Positions 52,925-62,289 of a DNA stretch of 64,000 nucleotides are shown piece by piece. The translations under genes and the position numbers were made by a program. This stretch comes from Terriglobia bacterium (GTDB lineage: Bacteria; Acidobacteriota; Terriglobia; JAJPHL01; JAPKYU01): positions 672,001 through 736,000 of the forward strand of contig CBDBKE010000004.1 of NCBI GenBank assembly GCA_965206645.1. The letters run 5' to 3'. The notes beneath the pieces were generated by a model. That model was not told the origin of the DNA, did not search any database, and saw only the letters and a program-made list of their open reading frames with translations. How positions within the stretch are numbered: the first letter of the stretch is position 1; each line of letters opens with the position of its first letter.

Positions 52925-54322
52925 TCAACGGTCAGCGTAGCCGAGGCTCCGCAGCGCCTCCTCATCTTCCTTGCTGAGGCGGCCCTCCGGCTTCAGCTCG
53001 CGGTTCGTGTGCTGGAACCAACCGCTGACTTGTTCGCGGTACGCCTTCGATTCCGAAGCGCTGACTTGCTTCAGGAGACGCTCCACTCGCGCGGTCTCAT
53101 CCAATTGGTAGACCTGCAGCTGTTTTTTGCCGCCTTCCAGCACCACCTTACGCCTGCCAGCCGCAAACCCGAGCAGGGAGGGCACCATCTTGCTCCGGCC
53201 CCACCGCAACATCCAGCTCAGCCAGCTGGGAGCCATCAAGGCGGGTTCGGCGTAGGTCAGGAAGTAGACCGATTCTTGCTTGGACGACGGCTCGGAACTC
53301 TCGACGAAACTCCTTAGGCTCCGTCCTTCCAGTGGAAGACGGTGAGCGATCCCAAGATAGTCCAGGATGGTGGGCATCACATCCAGCAGCCCGACGTCTT
53401 TCGTCACGGTTCGTCCTGGGGGAAGCACTCCGGGGTAGGAAACGACCAACGGGATGCGCACGATTGGCTGATACAGCCTGTCGCCGTGCCCCCAATACTC
53501 GTTCTCGCCCAGGCTCTCCCCGTGGTCGGCCGTCAGCGCGATTAGGGTTCTGTCGCGGACCCCCATCTCGGTTAGCTGGCCCAGAATTTGCCCGACATAG
53601 TGGTCCGTGTAGGCAATTTCACTGTCATAGGCGAGCTGTCGCTCGCTCATCTCCGAAGCCGAAGTGACCCTGGCGGGCACCGAGCCCGCGGAGGAAGCGG
53701 TGGTCGCGGGCAGATGCGCAAATTGCGGGTGCAGGCGATAGGGACCGTGGGGATCGAAATAGTGCACCCAAAGGAAGAAGGGTCGGCCCCGGCGTTTCCT
53801 CAGCCAGCGCAGGGCGGCCGCCGTCACCTGCTGGCCGGTGCGGGCAGTGAGCATCAGCCTGTAGCGATAGTCAAACTCTTCGTTGTAGACATTGAATCCG
53901 CGACCAAGCCCGGTAAGTTTCTTCTTCAGCACCCAGGCACTCACGAAGGCGGCGGTCCGATATTTTAGGCGGCGCAAGATCTGGGCCAGTGTGAGGGGCC
54001 GCGGGCGCGCCGACATCCCCACCCCGTTGATGAAAGCCCCGTGCTGCTGCGGGTACAGCGAAGTCATCAGGGAGACGTGGGCGGGCCCCGTCAGCGGGAT
54101 GGGGCTGTAAGCGTTCTGAAACAGGACACCCTGGGCAGCCAGCTGGTCAATGTTGGGAGAGGTTCGGCGCGGGTAGCCATAGCAGGATAGACGGTCCGCC
54201 CGCAGTGTATCAATGGTGATCAGGACAAGGTTTGGCCGGGGAGTGCGATTCTTGTCCGGCCCCTCCGCCAAAACCAGCGGGGCCATCAAACCCAGCCAAG
54301 CAACGAAAGCCAACTTTCGCAT
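52925..54322 (-). CDS. Sulfatase-like hydrolase (TxPxH type)
   Basis: ITIDTLRAD, PLTGPAHVSLMT, WVHYFDPH, YDSEI, ADHGE, LRSLGY. Start at ATG 54322. Confidence 0.9.
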   Translation of the reverse strand: MRKLAFVAWLGLMAPLVLAEGPDKNRTPRPNLVLITIDTLRADRLSCYGYPRRTSPNIDQLAAQGVLFQNAYSPIPLTGPAHVSLMTSLYPQQHGAFINGVGMSARPRPLTLAQILRRLKYRTAAFVSAWVLKKKLTGLGRGFNVYNEEFDYRYRLMLTARTGQQVTAAALRWLRKRRGRPFFLWVHYFDPHGPYRLHPQFAHLPATTASSAGSVPARVTSASEMSERQLAYDSEIAYTDHYVGQILGQLTEMGVRDRTLIALTADHGESLGENEYWGHGDRLYQPIVRIPLVVSYPGVLPPGRTVTKDVGLLDVMPTILDYLGIAHRLPLEGRSLRSFVESSEPSSKQESVYFLTYAEPALMAPSWLSWMLRWGRSKMVPSLLGFAAGRRKVVLEGGKKQLQVYQLDETARVERLLKQVSASESKAYREQVSGWFQHTNRELKPEGRLSKEDEEALRSLGYADR

Positions 54323-54606
54323 CCATACCTCCGTTGGTGCGCTGCAGCAAGGCCGCCAGATCTCCCTGCTCTGCTGCGCCCAGGCTCGAGAAACGAACAA
54401 CCTTCTTCCTTGACGCGGCCGGGGCCCTCGGCGCAACCAAAGACCACATCTGCCGGAGCCCATGTTACGGCACCACGCCGGTCTGATTCAGCAGAATTCT
54501 CGATTGTTCGCCTTCGCTGCCGTCACACCTCACGGCTGCCTCTATTGGCTAAAGAAATACCCGGTGGCAGTCGGATGTTGAGCAAGTGTGGTAGATTCAG
54601 ATAAAT

Positions 54607-55956
54607 ATGCCGCCACAAACACCAAGCTGGAGACCTGCGAGCGGGGTAAGGAGCCACGAGCTCGCCCGACGGGTTGCTCGAAGGCTCCATCTGGGACAGA
54701 GGCTCGCCGTTTGGTCTGTGCTGGTGGTCGCGCTGGGAGGCCTGCTTCTCGGCGTGGTGTTTCGCCAGCGACAGGCTGCCGAGGCTCTGCTGGAGCAAGA
54801 GACGCACCTAGCGGCGCAGCAAGCCCACCTACTGGCCTCGCGCCGGACCGTGCACATCGAGAAACGCCTGCCAGCTCGCAGCACGTTCAGCGAGTTCCTG
54901 GAAGACGCCGGCGTCGACGCGGCTACGGTGCAGAAGGTGGTCGAAGAGGCCCGCCCGGTCTACAACCTGGCGCGGGTGCGAGCCGGAAACCGGGTGAGCC
55001 TGGTGACCTCCGCACAGGGGGAGCTGCGAGCCCTCGGTTATCAAATTGACGCCGACCGCCTGCTGTGGGTCACCAAGCAAGCCGGCAGCTACCACGCAGA
55101 ACTGCGGGCCATTCCTTACACTGTCAGTGTCGCGGGCGTGGCGGGTCTCCTCCGTCACTCGCTCTTCGAGGCGGTGGCCGAGCAGGGTGAAGGCGACCTG
55201 CTGACTCTTGAGATCGCCGACATCTTCGGATGGGACATTGATTTCAGCACCGACCCGCGCCCAGGAGATACATTCCAGGTGCTGGTGGAAAAGAAGACTC
55301 TCAATGGACAGCGCTGGGGTTATGGGCGCGTGCTGGCGACCCAGTACCGCAATGCTGGTCATCTTTACCAGGCCGTGCTGTTCCGCGATCCCTCCGGCAA
55401 GCCGGTGTATTATTCCCCCAGCGGGAAATCGGTGGCGAAGGCCTTCCTCCGTTCTCCTCTGAAATTCGGCGCCGCGGTGACCTCCGGCTTCAGCCACCGC
55501 AGGTTTCACCCCATTCTGAGGCGCTACCGCCCCCATTTGGGCGTCGACTACCGGGCCCCGGTGGGCAGCGCTGTCCAGGCCGTCGCCGATGGGCGTGTAG
55601 TATCGGCCGGTTGGGATCGCGGCGGCGGAAAAACAATTCGGCTCCGCCACGCCAAGGGCTACGAGACCTACTACCTGCATCTTTCGCGCATCCTGGTGCG
55701 CCGCGGCCGGCGGGTCCAGCAGGGACAGATCATTGGCCGCAGCGGCGCCACCGGCATGGCTACCGGTCCGCACCTGGATTTCCGCGTGAAACAGGGCGGC
55801 AGGTTTCGCAATTTCTTGAGATTGAAGCTTCCCCCGGCGCGTTCGGTCTCTCACGAAGACTGGGACGAGTTCGTTGCGGTCCGGGATGAGATGCTTGCCC
55901 GACTGGCGGAGTTAGAGGCAGCGCAGGCCGGTCCCGTGCAACAGACTGCTGATTGA
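54607..55956 (+). CDS. M23 peptidoglycan DD-endopeptidase (MepM-like)
   Basis: N-terminal TM segment; RFHPIL, HLGVD, YLHL, ATGPHLDF. Confidence 0.93.
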   Translation: MPPQTPSWRPASGVRSHELARRVARRLHLGQRLAVWSVLVVALGGLLLGVVFRQRQAAEALLEQETHLAAQQAHLLASRRTVHIEKRLPARSTFSEFLEDAGVDAATVQKVVEEARPVYNLARVRAGNRVSLVTSAQGELRALGYQIDADRLLWVTKQAGSYHAELRAIPYTVSVAGVAGLLRHSLFEAVAEQGEGDLLTLEIADIFGWDIDFSTDPRPGDTFQVLVEKKTLNGQRWGYGRVLATQYRNAGHLYQAVLFRDPSGKPVYYSPSGKSVAKAFLRSPLKFGAAVTSGFSHRRFHPILRRYRPHLGVDYRAPVGSAVQAVADGRVVSAGWDRGGGKTIRLRHAKGYETYYLHLSRILVRRGRRVQQGQIIGRSGATGMATGPHLDFRVKQGGRFRNFLRLKLPPARSVSHEDWDEFVAVRDEMLARLAELEAAQAGPVQQTAD

Positions 55957-56006
55957 GCGGCCCAGGGGTCGGAGCGGGACAAGCGAGCTTGCCTGAACCT
56001 TGGCCG

Positions 56007-56129
56007 GCCGAGCTGGATGCGGCCCGAGCGGCAGGCATCGAGACGGCCCTGTGCATCCGCCCCGGGAACCCGAAACCTGCCGCTTGTACTCATCCGCTGA
56101 TCCGCACATTCGACGAGGTTGCCCTTTGA
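56007..56129 (+). pseudogene. C-terminal fragment of enolase-phosphatase E1 (MtnC-like)
   Basis: Hand translation AELDAARAAGIETALCIRPGNPKPAACTHPLIRTFDEVAL*; no start codon or N-terminal part. Confidence 0.6.
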
Positions 56130-56157
56130 GGAACACCTACAGAACATCGGCCAGTAA

Positions 56158-56509
56158 TTACCACTGCCAGCCCCCAAAGCGAGACCCTACGAGTACCAAG
56201 CCAATGGAGACCGATCCGATTGCGATGCCCCAAAGAAGCTTCCGTTCCAATGCGCGTAATTGTTCATATTGCTGATCAAACTTGGGAAGATCGACAACCT
56301 TCCTAACGGTAGAGCGTTCTTAAGCCGGGCTGGCCACCGCTCCAATTTCTTGCAAAGAAATTCAACTCCGACCAGAGCTCTGGACGCTCTCGCTGGAACC
56401 ATTTTCGGAGTTTACTGGCTTTTCGGGACAATCTGATGTCGCACAAGAACGCATAGACAATCGAGACGCCAGCCAGTGTAACCAGAATTACGATTTGAAG
56501 ACTTGCCAT
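56158..56509 (-). pseudogene. Two-TM small membrane protein, +1 frameshift near 56304 (cassette-like)
   Basis: Removing one T at CGT-T-AGG restores ...LYRRKVVDLPKFDQQYEQLRALERKLLWGIAIGSVSIGLVLVGSRFGGWQW*. Confidence 0.6.
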
Positions 56510-56546
56510 GAGATTGTTGCAGCCAGAGACTATTGTTTAACAGTTT

Positions 56547-56603
56547 TTCTAACAGACTGGCCTTTAACTGCGTGGCGTGAGGTGGTACGGCGGCTTGTTA
56601 GCT
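56547..56603 (-). mobile_element. Degenerate attC-like site
   Basis: AGCTAAC (contains the ankyrin gene stop) ... GTTAGAA, 57 bp; internal L boxes pair poorly. Confidence 0.45.
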
Positions 56604-56984
56604 TGTCTCTCGAAGCCGTTGTGCCAATTCATTTTGGCCCCGGTGGGCGGCAAGGTCAGAAGCTGTCTTACCGTGAAAACCGGGAGCACCACTCCCGCTG
56701 ATTCCGAGGTCTGCTCCCGCCTCGACTAGTGTTAGAGCGATCTCCGTGTGTCCATTCACAACGGCCAACATGAGCGCGCTGAGATTGTACTTGGCCGTCG
56801 TATCCAAGCCGGCGCCATGCTTCACGAACAGGCGAACCAGGTCAAGATGCCCATTGCGTGCAGCAAGCATCAGTCCTGTTTGTCCAAATCGATCCTTATC
56901 ATTGATGTCCACTCCCGCGTTGATAAGCGACACTATCTTTTTCACATCGGCTCGATGAACCGCCTCCTCCCATTCTTTCGTCAT
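56598..56984 (-). CDS. Ankyrin repeat protein (cassette)
   Basis: GQTGLMLAARNGH, SALMLAVVNGH, GKTASDLAAHRG. Confidence 0.92.
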   Translation of the reverse strand: MTKEWEEAVHRADVKKIVSLINAGVDINDKDRFGQTGLMLAARNGHLDLVRLFVKHGAGLDTTAKYNLSALMLAVVNGHTEIALTLVEAGADLGISGSGAPGFHGKTASDLAAHRGQNELAQRLRETS

Positions 56985-57015
56985 CCTTTAAAGACCAAAA
57001 CCATTATTGGCAAAT

Positions 57016-57054
57016 GGCCTAGCCCGCGGGGTCGGGTGTAGCGATTTGTTAGGT
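57016..57054 (-). mobile_element. Internally deleted attC-like site
   Basis: ACCTAAC-AAATC-GCTACACC-CGACC...GCTAGGC: R'' and L'' intact, R' with one mismatch. Confidence 0.6.
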
Positions 57055-57244
57055 GACTTCTTCGTACCAAACAGAGACGAACCATGTGGCATGGTTCTAA
57101 ACTGCCTCCACTGGCAGATTGCTTAATCTCAATCACTTTTACAGACGGGTTCTTTTTGAGCCATTCATTGATCTCATTCTCAAGATCGAGGTTCTTTCGC
57201 CGGCCAAAAAAAGAATCTTTTTTTGAGAACAGTTTCACTTTCAT
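57049..57244 (-). pseudogene. Small Cse60-like protein with +1 frameshift near 57085 (cassette)
   Basis: GGAGG then ATG 57244: MKVKLF...LENEINEWL...IEIKQS. The corrected frame ends ATWFVSVWYEEVT* at the TAA inside the attC R''. Confidence 0.55.
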
Positions 57245-57272
57245 TTGGTCCTCCTGGATTATTCCTGTAGGC

Positions 57273-57293
57273 ACCTAACTTTTGTTTAGGCTG
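57273..57293 (-). mobile_element. attI-like simple site
   Basis: CAGCCTAAACAAAAGTTAGGT, close to the class 1 attI1 core CCCTAAAACAAAGTTRRRY. Confidence 0.5.
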
Positions 57294-57310
57294 ATCTTTA
57301 AATCTTGTCA

Positions 57311-57394
57311 GGCTAACGCCTCCGAATGGGCCGCGCGCCGCAGCGACAGGATCGAACAGGACAGCGGTGCGTCGGCTCCGTTCGGTCGTTGGAC
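57311..57394 (-). mobile_element. attC site (84 bp)
   Basis: GTCCAAC GACCGAACGGAGCCGACGC ... GCGCGGCCCATTCGGAGGC GTTAGCC: imperfect palindrome with R''/R' boxes, directly after the DinB gene. Confidence 0.75.
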
Positions 57395-57401
57395 CGTTGG
57401 C

Positions 57402-57902
57402 CTAGGCTCTCGCGAATGCTTGCCATTCCGATGTCCACTCCTTCCTTAGAAGCAACTCTTCAATGCGATATGCATGGAAGAAATCGTGGAGCGCCAAGTG
57501 GCGAAACATAATGAAAACCGAATAGTGGCTGTACTCCCCGTGCTCGGCCGTCTGGTTCCATTCGACCACCGACAGTTGCCGAAGTCGCTCCACGAGCCTA
57601 CGGCGATCGTCGACGTACTGCCGAAGTGAGTCTTCCAAGTCCATCCCGAGAAGCCGATCGTCTGGGTCGCTGTGGCCGGGATCATAAGGGGTGATGATCG
57701 GCGTAGGTGAGGTGAGGATCTGCTGCAGGCGGTCGAAAAAAAGTTCATGAACCACGGCGAGATGGCACGCATCCTCGTGGGCTGACCACTTCTTGGGCGC
57801 TGGACGTCGCTTGAGCACGACAGGCGGAACATCGCGCACGAGCGGCACAACGATGCTGGGAGCCTGCTCGAGCGCCTCAATTACGGCGGTTGTCGTATCC
57901 AT
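57402..57902 (-). CDS. DinB/YfiT-family protein (thiol S-transferase-like; cassette)
   Basis: KWSAHEDACHL...HLALHDFFH His motif; GAAGGAG RBS. Confidence 0.85.
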   Translation of the reverse strand: MDTTTAVIEALEQAPSIVVPLVRDVPPVVLKRRPAPKKWSAHEDACHLAVVHELFFDRLQQILTSPTPIITPYDPGHSDPDDRLLGMDLEDSLRQYVDDRRRLVERLRQLSVVEWNQTAEHGEYSHYSVFIMFRHLALHDFFHAYRIEELLLRKEWTSEWQAFARA

Positions 57903-58157
57903 GAACTACTCCTTCGTTCAACCAGCGGGCTAACTCTTAATTCTGCGGGCTGCCCAGGCTTCGCCCAAAAGCATACGACCACCGCCCCGTTCACTCAAGC
58001 TCACATCGCTATCTCCTCTTCCTCGTGTGTGAAAGGCGAGAGTCCCGTCTTGCAGCAGGTTGAGGCCTCCCCCCATGCTTCCCACCGAAAGTTCGCAACC
58101 CGACGCAACCTTGCGGGTTATATCCTGAAGACGGAACCTGGGCAGAGGCTAAAGGCT

Positions 58158-59777
58158 ATGCGCATGATCTTGTATCCAGACCGCAGCGCTTTTTGCCATC
58201 TCTTACTGGCCCTGATCCTTCTTTTTCCCTTGACGCCGGTGACTTGGGCGGACACGGAGCCGGGGACTCCCCTGAGCGAGGAGCAGAAGGCGGAGCACGT
58301 GCTGAACCGGCTGGGCTACGGCCCGCGGCCGGGCGACATCGAGCGCATTCGCAAGCTGGGCGTCCAGGCCTACATCGATCAGCAGTTGAACCCAGAAAAG
58401 ATAAACGACAGCGCGCTGGAAGAACGCCTTGAGCCGCTGGGGACGCTGCGCCTCTCAAGCGGGGAATTGTTCCAGAAATACCCGCGGCCGGGCCAACTGC
58501 TTCGTGTGGCACAGGCCATCCGTGAGGGCCGGCGGGTGCCACCCCACCTCCGCGAGCTCTATGATCGCTTCCTCAAGGACTCGCCCATGAACGACATGCC
58601 CATGATGGAGAAAGGCACGGACCGACGCGCCATGATGAAGCAGATGAGCCCCGAGCAGCGCCGCTTCTTCCGGACGCACTCGCCGCGGCGCATCGTGGTC
58701 GAGCTGCAACAGGCCAAGCTGCTTCGCGCCGTCTATAGCGAGCGCCAGCTTCAGGAGCAAATGGTGGACTTCTGGATGAACCACTTCAACGTCCACATGG
58801 GCAAAGGAATGGGCCGCTGGCTGGTGACCAGCTATGAGCGCGACGCCATTCGCCCGCGCGCGATGGGCAAGTTCCGCGACCTGGTTCTGGCCACCGCCCG
58901 CCACCCGGCCATGCTTTTTTATCTCGACAACTTCCAGAGCTCGGCGCCCAACAGCGGGCGCGGACGTGGGCGGAACCGCAGACGCGGGCTGAACGAGAAC
59001 TACGCGCGCGAGTTGATGGAGCTTCACACACTGGGCGTAGACGGCGGATACACCCAGAAAGACGTGGTAGAAGTGGCGCGCTGCTTCACCGGCTGGACAT
59101 TCCGGCCGCGCCGGGGCGCGGAATACCTCTTCCGCTCTCGCATGCACGACCGCGGCGAAAAGAGCGTGTTGGGGGTCAAGATTCGCGGCGGCGGAGAGCG
59201 GGAGAGTATTCAGGTGATTGACCTGCTGGTGAATCACCCCTCCACGGCTCGGTTCATCGCCACCAAACTGGTCCGCCGCTTCGTTGCCGATGAGCCTCCG
59301 GAGGCACTGGTACAGCGGACCGCTGCCACGTTCCGGCGGAGCGGGGGCGACATCCGCCAGACTGTGCGCACCATCTTCCGCTCCCGGGAGTTCTTTTCCG
59401 CCGAGGCGTATCGGGCCAAGGTCAAGAAGCCGCTGGAGCTGGTGGCCAGCGCGCTGCGCGCCTCCGGCGCCGAGGTCGGCTTCTCGCCGCCATTGCTGCA
59501 AGCCGTGGCGCGCATGGGGGAACCTCTGTATTTGTGCGAGCCACCGACCGGCTACCCCGACGTGGCCCAGGCCTGGGTCAATACCGGCCTGATGCTCAAC
59601 CGAGTTAACTTTGCCACCGCCCTGGCTGCCAACCGGCTCCCCCGTGTGCGAGTCCGGCCCCAGGCGGTGCGCCTGCCGAACCTCAGCCAGCGGACCCAGG
59701 CGGCGCTCAGCAAAGAAAGCGAGCCGGCCAGAATGGCTGGACTGCTTCTCGGGTCGCCGGAATTTCAAAGGAGATGA
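58158..59777 (+). CDS. DUF1800 domain protein
   Basis: HVLNRLGYGPRPGD, FWMNHFN, YLDN, NENYARELMELHTLG, KVKKPLE, SPEFQRR. Start probably ATG 58158. Confidence 0.93.
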   Translation: MRMILYPDRSAFCHLLLALILLFPLTPVTWADTEPGTPLSEEQKAEHVLNRLGYGPRPGDIERIRKLGVQAYIDQQLNPEKINDSALEERLEPLGTLRLSSGELFQKYPRPGQLLRVAQAIREGRRVPPHLRELYDRFLKDSPMNDMPMMEKGTDRRAMMKQMSPEQRRFFRTHSPRRIVVELQQAKLLRAVYSERQLQEQMVDFWMNHFNVHMGKGMGRWLVTSYERDAIRPRAMGKFRDLVLATARHPAMLFYLDNFQSSAPNSGRGRGRNRRRGLNENYARELMELHTLGVDGGYTQKDVVEVARCFTGWTFRPRRGAEYLFRSRMHDRGEKSVLGVKIRGGGERESIQVIDLLVNHPSTARFIATKLVRRFVADEPPEALVQRTAATFRRSGGDIRQTVRTIFRSREFFSAEAYRAKVKKPLELVASALRASGAEVGFSPPLLQAVARMGEPLYLCEPPTGYPDVAQAWVNTGLMLNRVNFATALAANRLPRVRVRPQAVRLPNLSQRTQAALSKESEPARMAGLLLGSPEFQRR

Positions 59778-59783
59778 ACGGCC

Positions 59784-61035
59784 ATGCTCACTCGACGATT
59801 CTTCCTTCAAGGATAGCGGGATCGCCGTTGCCGGCCTGGGTTTGTTGCCGTCCTTTCTGGCGCGGGCGGCGGCGACCAACCGCAGCCGGCGGAAAAATAA
59901 GATCCTGATTTCGATCTTCCAGCGCGGGGCAGCCGACGGGTTGAACATGGTGGTGCCCTTCGCCGAGCGCACCTATTACAACCTGCGTCCCTCGATCGCC
60001 ATACCCCCACCCCGGCGGGGTTCCTCTCAGTCAGGGAACGGCGAGGCCTCCATGGATTTGGACGGCTTCTTCGCCCTGCACCCGGCGCTGGCTCCCTTCT
60101 ATCGCCTGTACCAACAGGGACACCTGGCCATCGTTAATGCGGCAGGATCACCTCACAACACCCGGTCTCATTTCGACGCCCAGGATTTCATGGAGACAGC
60201 CACACCCGGAGTGAAGTCCACCACCGACGGCTGGCTGAATCGACACCTGTCGTCGCAGTCGGAGGCCGACGCGACACCGTTCCGCGCCGTGGCTCTGGGG
60301 TCGTCGCTGCCTCGCACACTGCGGGGCCGCGCTCCGGCCCTGGCCATGAGCAGCATCCGGGAATTTCGCGTGCTCGCCGGGGAGGAACGCTTCCGGACTC
60401 TGTACGGTGGGGATGGCTCTGACTTCCTCTACGGTACCGGGCAAGAGATGCTCGGCGCGATCGAGTTCCTGCGGCGTGCCAACCCTGAGCAATACCGGCC
60501 CGCTCGTGGCATCGAGTATCCTCGCAGCCGTTTTGGGCAAAGCCTTCGGCAGATTGCCCAGCTCATCAAGGCCGGCATAGGGCTGGAGGTGGCCTTCGCT
60601 GACCTGGGCGGCTGGGACACTCACGCCAGGCAGGGCTCCCTGAGCGGTCAGCTCCCGAACCGCCTGGCCGATTTCGGCCGCGGAATCGCAGCCCTGTACG
60701 CCGACCTGGGCGATCGCATGGAAGACGTGGTGATTCTGACCATGTCGGAGTTTGGGCGCACGGCGGCGGAAAACGGCAACCGCGGGACCGACCATGGCCA
60801 CGCCAACGCGATGTTTGTGATGGGCGGGATGGTGCGCGGCGGTAAGGTGTACGGCAAATGGCCGGGGCTGGGGCGCGAACAACTCTACGAGGGCCGTGAC
60901 CTGGCTCTAAGCACCGACTTCCGCGACGTGTTTGCCGAACTGATCGCCAGCCACCTCGGCAACCAGAACCTGAGCGCCGTCTTCCCGGGCTTTGACGCGC
61001 AACCCGCGAACTTTCCAGGTCTGCTAAAAGCATAG
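59784..61035 (+). CDS. DUF1501 domain protein (Tat), apparent +1 frameshift near 59806
   Basis: ATG 59784 MLTRRFFL; deleting one T gives KDSGIAVAGLG..., then FQRGAADGLN, RSHFDAQ, GGWDTH, SEFGRT, GTDHG. Confidence 0.88.
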
Positions 61036-61347
61036 CGTGCTGCTGTTGTGGGACAGGCTCCTTGCCCTGTCCGCTGACCGCTCTCGCCCCGCCTGACTCA
61101 GCAATCGCAACCCAACCCGGCGCCTGAGCTGCCTGGATGCGCGCGGCCGGCTCATTCCAGCCGTTGCGACCTCGTGGCCGGCGAGCGGGTCTCGACTGTG
61201 CGGAGGGTTCACTCCCGACGTTTCTCCCGAACCTGCGGGCGCCAAAGCATGGCAACACGTTGACAAGCCTGTTGCGCTGTGTCATTTTAGGTACTCGTTT
61301 TCGGGGTGGAACCTCTGCTCGGGAGTCATATCATTCAGACCAGACAG

Positions 61348-61788
61348 ATGCCCTCAACGAACCGCGTAGAGGTAACACTGGAGAGCAAGCTGGAGAGTGT
61401 GGAGCAGGCCGAGGAATTGGCCAAGGAGTTTGCCCGCTCCGCCGGCTTTCACGAGGACGATCAGTTTCGGATTGGTATGGCTGTGCGGGAATCCATGGTC
61501 AATGCCGTGCACCATGGAAATCAGTACGACCCGCAGAAGAAGGCCCGCCTGCGCATGGAACTCGAAGCCCGTGAGCTGGTGGTCACCGTGACCGACCAGG
61601 GGTCGGGCTTCGAACTTTCGCTGGTTCCCGACCCTCTGGCAGAGGAGAATCTGCTCAAGCAGTCCGGCCGCGGTGTTTTTCTGATACGGACACTCATGGA
61701 TGAGGTTTCCGTGCGGCGCGTGTCACCGTCGGGAACCGAGATACGAATGGTGAAGCACCCATCGCCGAGCAACGGCAAGGAGGATTAG
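61348..61788 (+). CDS. Anti-sigma factor / serine kinase (RsbW-like HATPase)
   Basis: ESMVNAVHHGN, DQGSGF, SGRGVFLI. Confidence 0.92.
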   Translation: MPSTNRVEVTLESKLESVEQAEELAKEFARSAGFHEDDQFRIGMAVRESMVNAVHHGNQYDPQKKARLRMELEARELVVTVTDQGSGFELSLVPDPLAEENLLKQSGRGVFLIRTLMDEVSVRRVSPSGTEIRMVKHPSPSNGKED

Positions 61789-61790
61789 CG

Positions 61791-62135
61791 GTATCGATCA
61801 AAGCCAATACGCGCCAGGTCAACGGGGTCACAGTGGTGGACGTCAGCGGTCGGATTACGTTGGGCGAGGGTTCGGCTACTCTGCGCGAGACAGTCCGCGA
61901 TTTGCTGAACCGCGGGCAAAAGAAAATCCTGTTGAACCTGGGTGATGTCACCTACATTGACAGTTCCGGGATTGGCGAGCTAGTGAGCGGATTTACCACG
62001 GTCACCAACCAGGGCGGTCAGCTCAAACTGCTGAGTCTCACCAAGAAAGTGCACGATCTGTTGCAGATCACCAAGCTGTACACGGTGTTTGACGTTCACG
62101 ACGAAGAAACTTCGGCGATTCGCAGCTTTTCCTAG
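61791..62135 (+). CDS. Anti-sigma factor antagonist (STAS, RsbV-like)
   Basis: GRITLGEG, YIDSSGIGELV. The AGGAGG RBS points to codon 61791, which reads GTA. Confidence 0.92.
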   Translation, partial: VSIKANTRQVNGVTVVDVSGRITLGEGSATLRETVRDLLNRGQKKILLNLGDVTYIDSSGIGELVSGFTTVTNQGGQLKLLSLTKKVHDLLQITKLYTVFDVHDEETSAIRSFS

Positions 62136-62289
62136 CCGAGGGTCTCTGCACCCGTTAGCCAAGAGGCGGCTCTCTGGCGGTGAGCGGCGTTGGCGTCTCC
62201 GGAGGCCGTGTTGCCCTTCCTTGCAGCCCAACCTCTAGCCTGGCAGACTGCTGAAAACTCCTCTTGAGAGCCCGAACGGTAGGGCACAG

